Assembly (NCBI GenBank): GCA_038087875.1
Contig: CM075992.1
Location: 5,086,001-5,150,000, forward strand
Direction of reading: 5' to 3'
Length of the DNA stretch: 64,000 nucleotides
Source: Malacoraja senta
Lineage: Eukaryota
Positions 39,685-53,421 of this stretch are shown here, piece by piece. Every line of letters starts with the position of its first letter. Within the stretch, counting starts at the first letter, position 1. The notes beneath the pieces are model-generated. The model saw only the letters and a program-made list of their open reading frames with translations. It did no database searches and was not told the DNA's origin. A program made the position numbers and the translations under genes.

Positions 39685-42600
39685 TTAGTTTCAGTTTAGT
39701 CTAGAGGTACAGCGTTGAAACAGGCCCTTCGGCCCACCGAGTCCATGCCGGCCAGCGATCACCCCGTACACTAGCACTATCCTACACACTAGGAACAATT
39801 TACAATTTTTTCCGAAGCCAATTAACCTACAAACCTGTGCGTCTTTGGAGTGTGGGAGGAAACCGGAGCACCCGGAGAAAACCCACACGGTCACAGGTTT
39901 GGGCTCCTTGCTCAAGGAAAGACAAACCAGAGAAGCAAAGTTTCACCAGACTGGTTCCAGCCATAGGGAGGCAGTGGGGTGGTCATGCTGGGTGGAGATG
40001 TAAAGCAGATGGGGCCTATAGTTCTGCAAACTCCACGAGACCAAGAGGTGTTCTTGTTGGGACGTGCACAATTCTTCCCAGGGTTGACACCGTACATGCA
40101 GGCGTGATGCGTCTCTTGGCAGGGAGGTCAAACCCAAGAGCTACATTGTCTGAAAGAAAGGTCGGCCATTCAGGACTGAGATGAGAAGAAACGTCTTCAC
40201 CCAGAGACCAGTTATTCTTCGTATTTCTCCAAGAAGATGGCAGAGGCTCAATTGCTAAGTCTATTCAGAGATCGATGGTTTATTGATGGGTACCCCATTT
40301 TACCCTGCATCAGGGTGGCACAGTGATGCTGGAGTGGAGTTGCTGCCTCACAGCGCCAGAGACCCAGGTTCAATCCTGACTAAGGCTGCTGTCTGTATGT
40401 TCTTTCCTCATTCTCCCAGTGACCACGTGGGGTTTTCTCCAGGTGCTCTGGTTTCCTTCCACATTCCAAAGATGGGTTTTTAGGTTAATTGGCTTTTGTA
40501 AATTGTCCCTAGTGTGTAGGATAGAAGTAATGTATGGGTGATCACTGATCGGCGCGGATTCAGTGGGCAGAAGTATCTATTTCCACGCTGTATCACTAAA
40601 GATTTCCGTGTATCACCTCTATCCAATTGTGAATCCAAAACGTCGCCCATCCATGCTCTCCAGAGTTGCTGTCTGACCCACTGGGTTTCTCCAGCACTTT
40701 GTATCTGTACTGTTCTATGTTCTATGTTTATCCAAAGCTGACCGAGAATAAATCGCATGGGAGATCTAATTAATCCATGGGCTGATATTAGATGCCAATG
40801 GGGAGTAAATTTGGGCAGGAATAAACTTTTCAAAGGGCACTGTTTAAGAAAGAACTGCAGATGCTATATTTAAGAGGGAGTTAGATGTGGCCTTGTGGCT
40901 AAAGGGATCAGGGGGTATGGAGAGAAGGCAGGTACAGAATACTGAGTTGGATGATCAGCCATGATCATATTGATTCAGGCTCGAAGGGCTGAATGGCCTA
41001 CTCCTGTACCTATTTTCTATGTTTCTATACTGGAAAAGGGGTACTAAGCCCCTCAATTTCTGAAGAGCTTCAGGCACTGTCAAAGTGTTCGTGACACCAT
41101 GGGGAGCAGAGGTTTGAGATGAGAAACATTTAAACCAACTCTGCAAATCGTTTCCATTCTCAGGGATGGATATGGATTATTTTTCATCTTCTGCCAAGTC
41201 TCATGTCCTTCCACCCACGACTGGAGAGCAGGTTAGGACAAATCATCACGTGAGCGCTGGCGAACCAGCAACATTGACTACTTCTCCAGGTCATTCACAC
41301 AGACGCAGCATTGGATTGATGGCCGGTAGCTGGGAGATAATTAAAATGGGAAGCTCAGGAGACAACAAGTTGACGCCTCGCTCCTGGATCAATCGCTGCA
41401 AATAGATTGTGAAAATGGAACGCAGCCAGCCTGTCACCTCAGTAAAACATGTTAGATTTAGTTTAGTACAGAGATACAGCGCGGAAACAGGCCCCTCGGC
41501 ACACCGAGTCCGCGCCGACACACTAACACTATCCCACACACACACTAGTGACAATTTACACACACACCAAGCCAATTAACCTACAACGCTGTAGGTAATT
41601 GGAGCGTGGGAGGAAACCGAAGATCTCGGAGAAAACCCACGCGGTCACGGGGAGAAGGTACAAACTCCGTACAGACAGCACCCGTAGTCAGGATTGAACC
41701 CGGGTCTCCGGCGCTGCATTCGCTGTAAGGCAGCAACTCTACCCGCTGCACCACCGTGCCACTTGATTGCATTGGACAGAGCGTTGGGTAGTGCAGAGGA
41801 GATTCAGTCGGATGCGGGCTGGATTTGAGCACTTTGCTTTTGGGGAGAGATTGAAGACATTGGGCATGTTTTCCCTGGAGTGAAGAAGTGTAGAAGATTA
41901 TGCAAGATTATGCAATTCTTTTATGAAGAAGGGTCCCGACTCAAAACATCACCTATCAATGTTCTTTGTTCCTTGTGTCTCCCTCCATCTTTTTTCCCAT
42001 GGTAGAGAATCAAAAGCAAGAGAGTATAATTGTAATGTGAAAAAGGGATGAGTTTTAACGAGGATCTCATGGGTAAGTTTGTACAGCAAGAGTGAGTGAT
42101 ATCTGGAACGTTGCCAGAGAAGGCGATGGAATCAAATACAATTACTAGGGTTAAGAGTTTAAGTTTGACTATGTTTAAGACCCCATTAACGATGTTTGGG
42201 AGGCACGGTGGCGCAGTGGTAGAGTTGCTGCCTTACAGCGCCAGAGACCCAGGTTCCATCCTGACTACGGGTGCTGTATGTATGGAGTTTGTACGTTCTC
42301 CCCGTGACCTCGTGGGTTTTCTCCGGGTGCTCCTGTTTCTCCCCACACTGCAAAGATGTACAGGTTTGTAGGTTAATTGGCTTAAAGAGTATTGTGGATT
42401 GTCCCTGGTGTGTAGAATGGTGCTGGTGCTGGTGGTTGCTGTTCGGCGAGGACTCGTTGGGCCGAAGGGCCTGTTTCTGCACTGTATCTCTAAAGAGCCA
42501 CTTATACACACACTTAAACACCTATCCATGTTCTCTAGGGATGCTGCCTGACCCCCTGAGTTATTCCAGCACTGTTTTGAGACACTCCAGTGTCTTTTTA

Positions 42601-43009
42601 TACTCCTAAAGCCTATCATGGTTTGACCCTGTTCACAAGTTCACAAGGTACAGATGTTGAATTAGGCCATTCAGCCCATCGAGTCCACTCGCCATTCAAT
42701 CAGGGCTGATCTCTGCCTCCTAATTCCATTTTCCTGCCTTCTCCCCGTAGCCTTGACACCCATTCTAATCGAGAATTTGTCCATCTCTGCCTTAAAAATT
42801 CCTTCTCTCCAGAGATGCTGCCTGTCCCGCTGAATTACTCCAGCATTTTGTGTCTATGCTCAAGGCTCTATCAAAATTGGATCAAGATACAGTGCCCGGT
42901 AGAAGTTGTTGGTGTTGACTATTAGAAGGACATGGGCCCTTGCTGTACGTGAGCTGAGGGATAGTAGGACATCCATTTCATTCTGCAACACCATTCTTAA
43001 TAAAAACTA

Positions 43010-43237
<228 letters not shown>

Positions 43238-44914
43238 TTAGACCCACCACACTTTGGCTTCCAAGATGACGCCCAACCAGGCGACTATTTGCTTGTTCGC
43301 CACAGAAGGAGCTCACATATTACAATCGAGCCATTTACAGTGTACAGAGAGATTTAAGAGTGTGGAGCGACTGAAATATGTGATTGTAAATCTGCCACTA
43401 CAATTCACAATCACGTATTGTCTTTCCGCTGACTGGTTAGCACGCAACAAAAGCTTTTCACTGTACCTCGGTACACGTGACAATAAACTGAACTGAACTG
43501 AACACACAGAGCTTGCTACTAGTAAGCATTTCTTCTCTCCAGAGATGCTGCCTGCCCCGCTGAGTTGGCTCCAGCATTTGTGTCTATCATGAGCTACTCT
43601 ACAGTCCTCCAGTACCTTGCCTGTGGCTGGAGAAGATGCTCAGAGATCTTCATCAAGGCTCCCACAATCTCTTCTCATGCCTCTCTCAATAACTTGATAA
43701 ATCCCATCAGGTCCAGGGGATTTATCCACTGTAATGTTCTTCAAGAGCCCCAACCCCTTCTCCTCCATCTCAAACTACCCTTGCGTATGGGGTGGAAGAT
43801 TGCAACCTTCACGTGGCCCCACGAATGCAATCAACCCAGCGCGCACAATCAAATAGGATCAAATAGAACAAGTTGTCCTACAACTTCAGGCTGTGCTCGC
43901 CACACGCAAGAAGAACCTTGCGTATTGGTAGTTTTCCACACTGTTCTCCTAGTCCATCATGTTCTTCAACAACAGAGGACAACAGAGGAGGAGGACTGAA
44001 CTTTGGTGCCTTCCTCACAGTGGGGAACTTTGGTCCCGCTGTGTGGGGGTGTCTATGTTAAAGATTATCGTGTTCTGTGCTCTTTTTTATTGGTATGGCT
44101 GTATGGTGACCACAAATTTCACTGTACCAATTGGTACATGTGACAATAAATGTCTCTTGTCCCTTGTCTTGTCTCTTCTCCTTCGTGGAAACAGATGCAA
44201 GGCACTCGCTTGGTATCTCGCCTATATCTCCAGACTCCAAGCACAAATCCACTTCTTGATCCTTGAATGGTCCCTTGTTAATCTTTGGGATTTTCTTTGG
44301 TCTGACACCAAAGCCATTTTGTGGCCCCTTTTGGCCCCTCAAGTCATTGGCTTGAGTTCTTTCTTTATATTCCCCAAAGTTCCTATCTGATACCATGCTC
44401 TTTTCCATTTCTTTTTGACCAAATTTGTAACCTCGTTTGCCATCCAAGATTCCCTGACGTTGCCATCCTTATCCCACCTCCTCGTTGCAACCTGTCGGTT
44501 CCGACTTTCAATCAACAATTGAAGGATTAAATAAATCTTTTATTCACATAATGTGGAAGTGTGATGAAGCATAATGTCCCATTCACTTACGACCTAGGGT
44601 ACTGTAAGGCAGTGTATTACCCATTTCCACAAAGGATTAAGTTCCTCCCTCACCATTACATCCCACCGGGATACCTGTGGAGTTTTTTTTTTAATCTGCT
44701 GCCTCGTAAGATCTCCTCTGACTCTCTCAGTGATCTGAGGGCTGAAGCCTCAAATTACAATTCTTCCTTGAAGCTAAGTGCTAAGTGATTACAGTTCCTT
44801 TAAGCAGAAGAAGCTGTGAAATTGCCTTCACTGAGTAATTTGTTCCACACCGTCACCGCCTCAAAGTATCATTGCTACTTAACCCAATCAATGCCCACAA
44901 CACCATCCAAATGC

Positions 44915-45400
44915 TACAGAGACAGAGGCAGAGGGATAGAGGGAGAGAGGGAAGGGGAGAGGGAGGGAGAGAATGAGGGAGGGAGAGGGAGAGAGGGAGA
45001 GAGGGAGAGGAGAGAGGAAAAGAGGAAGGGGAGGGAGAGAGAGGAAGGGAGGGAGAGAGAGGGAGAGGGAGAGGGAGAGGGAGAGGGAGAGGGAGAGGGA
45101 GAGGGAGAGGGAGAGGGAGAGGGAGAGGGAGAGGGGGAGGAAGGGGGAGGGAGAGAGAGGGGGAGAGGGGAGAGAGGGGGAGAGAGAGAGGGTGAGAGGG
45201 AGGGGGAGAGGGAGGGGGAGAGGGAGAGGGAGAGGGAGAGGGAGAGGGAGGGGGAGAGGGAGAGGGAGAGGGAGAGGGAGAGGGAGAGGGAGAGAGGGTG
45301 AGGGAGAGGGAGAGAGAGACGAAGAGGGAGATGAAGAAGGAGATGGTGAGAGACAGAGGAAGATGGGGAGAGAGGAGATGGAAGGGCAGGGGGGGAAGAG
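44915..45400. repeat. Polypurine tract with (GAGAGG)n microsatellite
   Basis: About 480 nt, almost entirely G/A on the + strand. Similar tracts at 8615-8730, 34543-34790 and 35040-35310. Confidence 0.95.
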
Positions 45401-45412
45401 CTTGAAACGTAC

Positions 45413-45551
45413 TTGTCTGGCTTGAGGTCGCGATGGACAATGCCATAGTTGTGCAGGTACTCCAAAGCCAGGACGGTTTCTGCAAAGTACATCTGGGCCA
45501 GGTCCACTGGCAGGGCTCCGATGTTCTTCAATAACGTTGCGCAGTCGCCCC
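45413..45551 (-). CDS. MAST1: MAST1-like kinase exon [12 protein letters not shown]...[10 protein letters not shown](N)
   Basis: ttgcag acceptor, GTACGT donor, 139 nt. Contains the HRDLKPDN catalytic loop. Confidence 0.95.
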
Positions 45552-46809
45552 CTGCAATGGGAAAAGGCGTGAAGGTCAAACTGCGAGGAAACAAACAACT
45601 GTGTTGAGGAAGACCGCAGGGAAACAGGCCCTTCGGCCCATCTTGTCCATGCCGGCCCAACATGCGCCATCGACGCCCGTCCACTGTGTTGAGGAAGATA
45701 CCTCTACCGAGCAAGGTGTCGAGATCCTATTCCGCTGGAGCCTTGAAGATCAACACAAAAAGCTGGAGTATCTCCGCGGGTCAGACAGCGGCTCTGGAGA
45801 GAAGGAAGAGGTGCCGTTTTGGGTCGAGACCTTTCTTCAGAATCAGGGGAAAGGGTAAACGAGAGACATAGTTCACAAGTTATCGGAGTACAATTAGGCC
45901 ATTCGGCCCCATCCAGTCCACTCCGCCATGCAATCATGGCCGATCTCTGCCTCCAAATCCCATTCTCCTGCCTTCCCCCCATAACCCTTGACACCAGTTC
46001 TAATCAAGAATCTGTCTACCTCTGCCTTAAGAAGACGGTGGTGTAGAGAGATATAGAACAAATGAATGAAAGATGTGCAAGAACGCAAGGATGATACAGG
46101 TCCTTGTTAGCTGTGTGCGAGGTAAGAACGACTAGCGAGTCTGTTGACCCTCCCCACAGCCCACCAGCAGGCTGGAGCCCTGGCCTTCCCAGCTGTCGGA
46201 AGAAGAACATGACGAACTGGATATTAGAAAGTGTCTGGAAATGTTCAAACTAAGCTTGCCTGGATTTTTGTGGGGAAAGTATATGGAACTGATTCAGATC
46301 ACAAACTTAACAAGCTGGAGGAGATGAAAGGCTTGTAAATGTCCGATGTTCTGACAGATGCAGTGTATACACACTCCCTCCAAACCGCAAGGGATGTGGG
46401 TTGGTTGCAAGAGTGAAATATGTTAGCACTTGTAAAATGAATCACAACTTTGCATAAGAGAGCGCTTGAGGCAAGACTCTGAGTAGAGTTCCTCTGCCAC
46501 ATCTATATTCAGCAACTTGCCTCTGTCTGATATAAAAAGCTCGGCTGCACAAACTTGTTCACAGTAGATCTTGCATCTCAAAGAGAATACTCCCTCCTCT
46601 CTGTCCTTTTCCCTGTAAGATTACATCCACTGGGATCGGAGGTGTTGATTGCAAGTCTGAGCTGAAGATTGAAGCCCACAAATGTATGAACGAGATCTGA
46701 TGTTTCATTTACATGCTTTGATTATTAGGACCATTAAACCACATGGTATCATGCAGCCATTACACCTGGGCAGGAGGGGGTGGGAAAGGGAAGTGCAGTC
46801 AGTCTTAAT

Positions 46810-47682
46810 TACAATTCATACAATTTCATACAATTTGTTTATTTGTCTTTTGGACAAATTTGTCATTTGGACCCCGTTGAGGTCCAAACGAAATGTCGTT
46901 TCTGCAGCCATACATTACAAAACGAAGAAGACCCGAGACACAACACAATTTACACATACATCCATCACACCGCTGTGATGGAAGGCAAAAAAAACGTATC
47001 TCTCCACTGCACTCCCCCCCCCCCCCCGATGTCAGAGTCAAAGTCAAAGCCCCCGGCGGGCGATGGTGATTATCCCGCGGCCATTAAAGCCACGCCGGTT
47101 AATGCAGGGTCGCGCACCGGGTCCTGGCGTTAGAACCCCGGCGCGCGCCCGCAACGTCCGGCGGCCATTCCAAGCCGCGCGGGGGGATAAAGCCCCGCTC
47201 CAGGTGCGCTTCAACCCCGCAACTCGGGCAGGAGAAGTCGCCGCTGCGGAAGCCCCGAAAAGCGGTCTCCCACCAGGGACCCGCGGGCTTCCGGTGTTGC
47301 CGTCCGCCAGACCCGCGGTTGTAGCCTCCGAATCTCCGGGGGTCGGGTCGCAGCAGCGATTGTCTCCACCACAGCTCCACCCGCTCCGGACTCGGCCAGC
47401 CCCGTGACGGTGAGTAGTCCGCAGCTCCGCAACTGGAGCCCCAGGTCGTTCCTGCTGGAGGCTGCTCCACGTTGCCCAGCCCCAACGACAACGGAGACCC
47501 GACAAAGAAAAGGTCGGGTCTCCCGTGCAGGGGAAAGATTTTAAAGTTCCCCCCCCCCCACCCCACCCCCACACACATACCTCGACAAAAAAAAGAATAA
47601 AAAACTACATAAAAACGAGACAAAAATAATAAAAAGACAGACGGACTGCAGAGGCCGCTGCAAACGAGTCGCGCCGCCCACC
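46810..47682 (-). mobile_element. Related non-autonomous GC-rich retroposon
   Basis: Same layout as 47826-48685: GGCGGCGC..CTGCAGTCCGT head, T-rich tract, G-run, GC body, stem-loop and tandem tail. Boundaries approximate. Confidence 0.65.
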
Positions 47683-47691
47683 ACTCTAGGG

Positions 47692-47825
47692 CAGGGGTGG
47701 GGAACCTGTGACCTTCTAGGCCATTAAGTGCGGCCTTTTGAATGAATCCAAATTTGTAGAACAAATCCTTTTATTTTTTATTAATATGTTTTTGTTCGTC
47801 TTTTATTATTTTTATATTAATCTTA
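47692..47825. mobile_element. Truncated hAT MITE interrupted by a retroposon
   Basis: One TIR plus about 130 bp matching 49389 onward. A few host bases resume after 48693. Confidence 0.75.
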
Positions 47826-48685
47826 GAGATTAGAGATTAGAGATTAGAGATTCCTTTATTTGTCATTCAGACCTTTCGGTCTGAACGAAATTTCGTTGCC
47901 TGCAGTCATACATATAATAATAAATAACAAAACACACAATAAACACAAATTAACATCCACCACAGTGAGTTCACCAGGCACCTCCTCACTGTGATGGAGG
48001 CAAAAGTCTTAAAGTCTCTGTCTCTTCCCTCCTTGTTCTCCCTCTGCGCTGAGGTGATCCAGGCTTCTGATGTTGTGACCCCACCGGGTGATGGTATGTA
48101 AGCCAGTCCCGCGGCTGAATCCGTGCTCCGTCCGTGACGGGCCGGTTCAAACTCCGCGGCCCGGGTTGGCCGAGGCTGCCGAAGCTGCCGCCCTCCAGTC
48201 CAGCGGACGCAGCTGTAGTTGCGGGAGCCCCAGAAAAACAGGTCACCATCCTGTGACCTGCGCGCTCCCGAAGATGTCGTCCACTGGGCCCGCGGCCGAG
48301 CCTCCGGATTCAGGTCGCCACCAGCGTCCTCGGTCGCTACCGCCGGAACGCCACCGCAGCCCCGAAGTTGGCCAGCCTCGTGCTGGTAAGTCCTGGCTCT
48401 GCCTCCGGAGCCTCGAGGTCGCTCGCTCGCAGTTGGAGTTGGAGGCCGGCAGCTCCGCCATTAGGCCTCAGCGCAGACGGAGGCAGAGAAGGGGGATACG
48501 ACAAGAAAAAGTCGCATTCCCCGAAGGAAGAGACAAAAGTCATGTTTCACCCCCCCCCCCACACATACACAACCCAATAAACTAAAATTTAACTAAAACA
48601 GGACAAAAGAAAACAACAAAAAAAGTAAAAACAGACGGACTGCAGGCGAGCCGCTGCTGTACGACAGCGCCGCCACTTCCGCCAC
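47826..48685 (-). mobile_element. Non-autonomous GC-rich retroposon with LINE-like 3' tail
   Basis: 8-bp TSD taatctta (47818-47825 / 48686-48693). 3' stem-loop, AATAAA and (AATCTCT)n tail. No recognisable coding capacity. Confidence 0.75.
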
Positions 48686-49388
48686 TAATCTTAAAATTAG
48701 TCAAGGGAATGGAGTGATATGGATCACGTGCAGGCAGTGGAGGTCTGTTTAAATTAGCATCATGTCCAGCATGGACATTGTGGGCCGAAGGGCCTGTTTC
48801 TATGCTGTGCTGTTCTATGTTCCTCACCCCATCTCCAAGGTCATGACCTTCACCCACGTTGACCTTAACACATCAGCATCATCATCGTTGAAAACATTAG
48901 CGACGCAGTGGCGCTGGTTTCCGACGGGAACGGTGACGGACACACCACACATCACTGTCCTCCAGTTCCTGCGGACTTCCGCCGCTGGAAGTGTAGGATT
49001 TTGGTGTGTGTGTGTGCCCTTTATCATCGTTCCTTACAATGCCATGTATGACAGTGATCGCAACTTCTACTGAAGTGTGGATGGCCGTTGGCTCGCTAGA
49101 AGCTCATCCGCCCTTTGACAGGTCTTGTTTTTGGGTCCTGCTGGGGGTCCACAGCCCCCTCCTCACCTGGCAAACCAGGAGGGGGAGACGGTTTAGTCGC
49201 CGACTGTCCGACCACGGAGCAGGTAGCACGGGATTACATAGTACCCGTGGTGGGGGACCCCGACCTTAACGGACCATGTACTAATTATACACTGGAGATT
49301 ACCACATTCTCATCCAATCCCTACACTCTAGGGGGGAGATTTATAGAGGCCTATTTGGTATTTGTTCACTAATATTAAAGCTCTAGGG

Positions 49389-49743
49389 CAGGGGTGGGGA
49401 ACCTGTGGCCTTCTAAGCCATTAAGTGCGGCCTTTTGAATGAATCCAAATTTTGTAGAACAAATCCTTTTATTTTTTATTAATATGTTTTTGTTCGTCTT
49501 TTATTATTTTTATATTAATCTTAAAATGAACGTATTTCAAATACCAATGAGTAAAAGAAGATTCAACGAAATAATCCTTGCCGACTGACGGCCACAATTA
49601 AAACATTAGTAAGTCATGAGGGCTATTTTAACAAAATAATGTACATTTTGAAGTCTATCTAATTGAAGTTTCTTGGATGCGGCCTTATTAGATTACAGCT
49701 AACTTAATGCGGCCTTCCAACATGAAAAGGTTCCCCACCCCTG
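49389..49743. mobile_element. hAT (Charlie-like) MITE, same family as 22596-22888
   Basis: Same TIR, 8-bp TSD ctctaggg/cactaggg. Confidence 0.85.
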
Positions 49744-49788
49744 CACTAGGGTTTCCAACCATTAGGGATGTGTCTTCCATTGACTTAC

Positions 49789-49997
49789 CTTCCACATACT
49801 CCATTACCATGCAGAGGTGCCTCCTGGTCTCAAAGGAGCAAAACATACTGACGACAAATGGGTTCTCGGCAAACGTAAGGATGTCACGTTCCACAAATGC
49901 CTGCTGAATCTGGTTTCGGAGAATCAGGTTCTGTTTATTTATCTTCTTCATTGCAAACCGCTGCCTGGTCTCTCTATGCCTCACCAAATATACGGCA
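49789..49997 (-). CDS. MAST1: MAST1-like kinase exon [18 protein letters not shown]...[10 protein letters not shown]
   Basis: ttacag acceptor, GTAAGT donor, 209 nt. Contains the catalytic Lys (FAMKK). Confidence 0.95.
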
Positions 49998-50086
49998 CTG
50001 TAAATAAAACAAGAGTCCATTCATTCAAAAGTAACCAGCTTCTACTGAAAGACTACAGCTTATTTTGGTGTCTAATTAAACTATAA

Positions 50087-50396
50087 TAGCCCTGTCCCAC
50101 AGTACGTGTTCATTCCAAGAGCTCTCCCGAGTTTAAAAAAAATCTAACTCGTGGTAAGCACGGAGAATGAACGTAGCGGGTACGTCGCAGTCTCTTAGCC
50201 CCAACGGCAGGTACTCGGGAAGACTCGCTAACGGCAGGTAAGCACGGGAAGACTCGTGATGATTTTTCAACATGATGAAAAATGTCCACGAGAGCCCCGA
50301 GTACCGACGGGTGGCCATTACCGTAAATCTCCGAGTTCGAATCAGGGCAAACTCGGGAGAGCTCTTGGAATGAACTCGTACCGTGGGACAGGGCTT
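50087..50396. mobile_element. PIF/Harbinger-like MITE
   Basis: TIR (T/A)AGCCCTGTCCCAC with long subterminal inverted repeat, TAA/TAA flanks. Confidence 0.8.
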
Positions 50397-51489
50397 TAAT
50401 GCAACCAATGTGCCATAATTGTCTTCATACCATTGATCAGTCCAATCTACCACACCAGTATGGTATTGACAGGCCTCGGTCTGTCAGCGAGGATTCTCTT
50501 GAACTTCTACAGGTGTACAGTGCAGGAGCATATTGACTGGTTGCATCACGGCCTAGTGCGGCCACTTGAGCGCCCAAGTGTGAAGAAGACTGCAAAAAGT
50601 TGTGACCACTGCCCCGTCCATCACCGGCTCTGTCCTCCTCTCCACCGAGGGGATTTACTGGAGTTGCTGCCTCAAAAAGGCAGCCAGCAGCATCTGAGAC
50701 CCACACCATCCTGGCCACACTCTCATTTCACCCCTGCCATCGAGAAGAAGTTACAGGAGCCTGAATACTGTCACGTCCAGGTTCAGGAACAGCTTCTTCC
50801 CTACAGCCATCAGGCTATAAAACACGACAAACTCAAATAAGCCCTGAACGACATAAACTATTATTGTTAATATTGCACTAATATGTTTGTTGTTTTTTTA
50901 TGTATTCCTATGCGTGTGTGTGTATACACACACTGAACTTTTTTTTCTCATTTATTATACTGTTCACAGTGTACTATGTTTACATATTCTGTTGTGCTGC
51001 TGCAAGTAATAATTTCATTGTTCTACCTGGGACACCTCCAGATTCAGGGACAGTTTCTTCCCAGCTGTTATCAGGCAACTGAACCATCCTACCAATAACT
51101 AGAGAGTTGTCTTGAACTACTATTAACCTCATTGGAGACCCTTAGGCTATCTTTAATCAGACGTTACTGGACTTGCACTTGCACTAAACATTATTCCCTT
51201 TATCATGTATCATTACATTGTGGATGGCTCAATTGTAATCATGCATTGTCTTTCCGCTGACTGGTTAGCACGCAACAAAAAGCTTTTCACTGTACCTCGT
51301 TACACGTGATAATAAACTAAGCTGAATGCAGGCAAATAAGATTTGGCAACATGTTCGGCACAGACATTGTGGGCTGAAGGGCCTGTTCCTGTGCTGTACT
51401 TTTTCTGTGCTCCCAAGACATCATCAGAAATACCCATTGCTGATGCCTCCTTGCTCATCTCTGGTTCTGCCAAACAGTCAGGGAACATT

Positions 51490-52365
51490 GGGCTTTGCCC
51501 GACCCCTTTTCCGGGGTTACGTCCGTGCCCCGGGTGGTCGTTAGAGAGGGACTACGCGCTGTCCACGGGCGCCCTGGGGGATTTCCGGGACCGCTGGGCA
51601 CCGCGGGGGGTTGAATGCATCCTTGACAAGGAGTGTAAAGGGCCTGTCCCACTGCGGCGACCTAATCTGCAAGTTCAGGCGAGTTTGCCCTCGCTCATAC
51701 TCGCCAGCATGGTCGACACGAGGTCCGAGGAGGTCTTTGTAACTCTCCTTCATTCTCGAGAGTAGTCCCCGCGTACTCGAGGCTTCAGCTAGGTTGCGGC
51801 GTATTTTTCAACATGTTGAAAAAATGCCCGCGAGTAACAAAAAGGTCGCCATGGAAAAATCAATACTTTTTTTTACTCGTAGGTTTAGTCGAAGTAGGTC
51901 GTAGTAGGTCGGCATGTTATTCGTAGGCAATCGAGGGTCGTCTAAGGTAATGGAAGGTAGTTGTAGATAGTCTTCAACATAGTCGAAGGGAGGTCGAAGA
52001 GAGGTCGAAGGAGATCGAAGGAGGTCGTCTTCACTCTCCACTATTCGGTGTCCAATTTTCCCGAAGCTAGTCGTAGCTAGTCAAAGCTGGTCATAGATAG
52101 TCGTAGCTAGTCGAAGGAGGTCTTCAACATAACATTTTTTCAAACTCTCCTAAACTCGCCAATTAGGTCGCCCAAGTGGGACAGCCCCTATAGATAGTTG
52201 TATAATAGTTTATCGATGTCATGTATTATGGTGATGGGTTCTGGGTTTTTTTACTTTAAAAAACAAAGTAGAACCAAACACCATAATACACAACAAACAA
52301 TAAACTATTAATAATATTTAATATTTGAATAAATATTTTTTGATTATAAACAAAAACAAAAAAAA
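51490..52365 (+). mobile_element. Tx1-like LINE 3' fragment (contains MITE 51639-52189)
   Basis: LERDYALSTGALGDFRDRWAPRGVEC resembles an ORF2 C-terminus. AT-rich 3' UTR, AATAAA and A-rich tail. Confidence 0.6.
51639..52189. mobile_element. PIF/Harbinger-like MITE nested in a Tx1-like LINE 3' end
   Basis: TIRs AGGGCCTGTCCCAC / GTGGGACAGCCCCT. Interior rich in (AG)GTCGWAG repeats. Confidence 0.75.
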
Positions 52366-53421
52366 CCAGCCTGGGAACATGGAATCCTGGTGGAAATGAG
52401 GAGAAAGCAGGAGCGGGGGGGTACTGATTTTGGATGATCAGCCATGATCTTATTGAACAGTGGTGCTGGCTCGAAGGGCCGAATGGCCTACTACTGCACC
52501 AATTTTCTATGTTTCTATGAAAGTATGGCGAGAATGAAATGCTCGGAGAAGGAAAAAGAGGTGCAGCAGCACAGGCCTTGAACCTGGTGAGATGCAGGAG
52601 GAGCCCGGCCAGGACTCACCCCACAGAGCCCAGTCCCTCCACGCACTAGAGTCTCCCAACCCCTGCAGAGTGGTTACTAAGATGGCTGATCCGTGGGCGC
52701 TTGCTGCTGGGACGCAAGTCGGGGCTTGATCAACCCCGGCTGGGTCGCCTGGGCGAGGGGGTCTGATGTTGTGAGACCCGAAACACCCAATGACCCCAGG
52801 ACACATCACCGAGGATGCGTCCCAGCGCATCTAGAAGATGGATATTTTTCACACAAATCTCACCACGACGTCATCTTGATTTCAAGGACTATGTTGGACC
52901 CTGCGTGTTGGTCGTACAAAATTCTATCCCTCTGGGTCACAACGTTTGTGCCATCTGTTGCCATCGAACGTTAACCAGCTCCCTCATGTCAAGGAGCTGC
53001 ATCCGCTCCGTCACCAAGGTGGGACAGGGACTCCAGTTACCAACTCACCATGTATGCACTGGAGCCTCTAGGCATTAAAAATGCATCAGCAACCTGCTTG
53101 CAGCAATCTGGGATGTAGTTCCCAGTAAAAAAAACAAACTAACGTGGATGCTCCTAAGTCAAGGCTTTTGTTTATTAGTACTAAATATATACGTAGTGGA
53201 TGGTTGTAATTGGGATATCATGTGATGTCAATTCCACGAACAGATCCAGTGGGATATAGCAACATAATTTCCACATCCCAAAAATCAATTGCATTTATTT
53301 TATTTATCTCCCCCGGGCGAGAGGATTCTAAAGCTGCAGGGCACAGGTTTAAGATGAGAGGGGAGAGATTTAAGAGGGACCTCAGGAGTAACCTTTTGTC
53401 CATACCACCAGGGGCACCGGG

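Noticed and set aside
44816..45714. ORFs of 150-266 aa
   Set aside because: (GAGAGG)n microsatellite read-through. Only 45413-45551 is a real exon.
47044..48585. Overlapping GC-rich ORFs on both strands
   Set aside because: They lie within CpG-rich retroposon bodies and have no recognisable protein motif.
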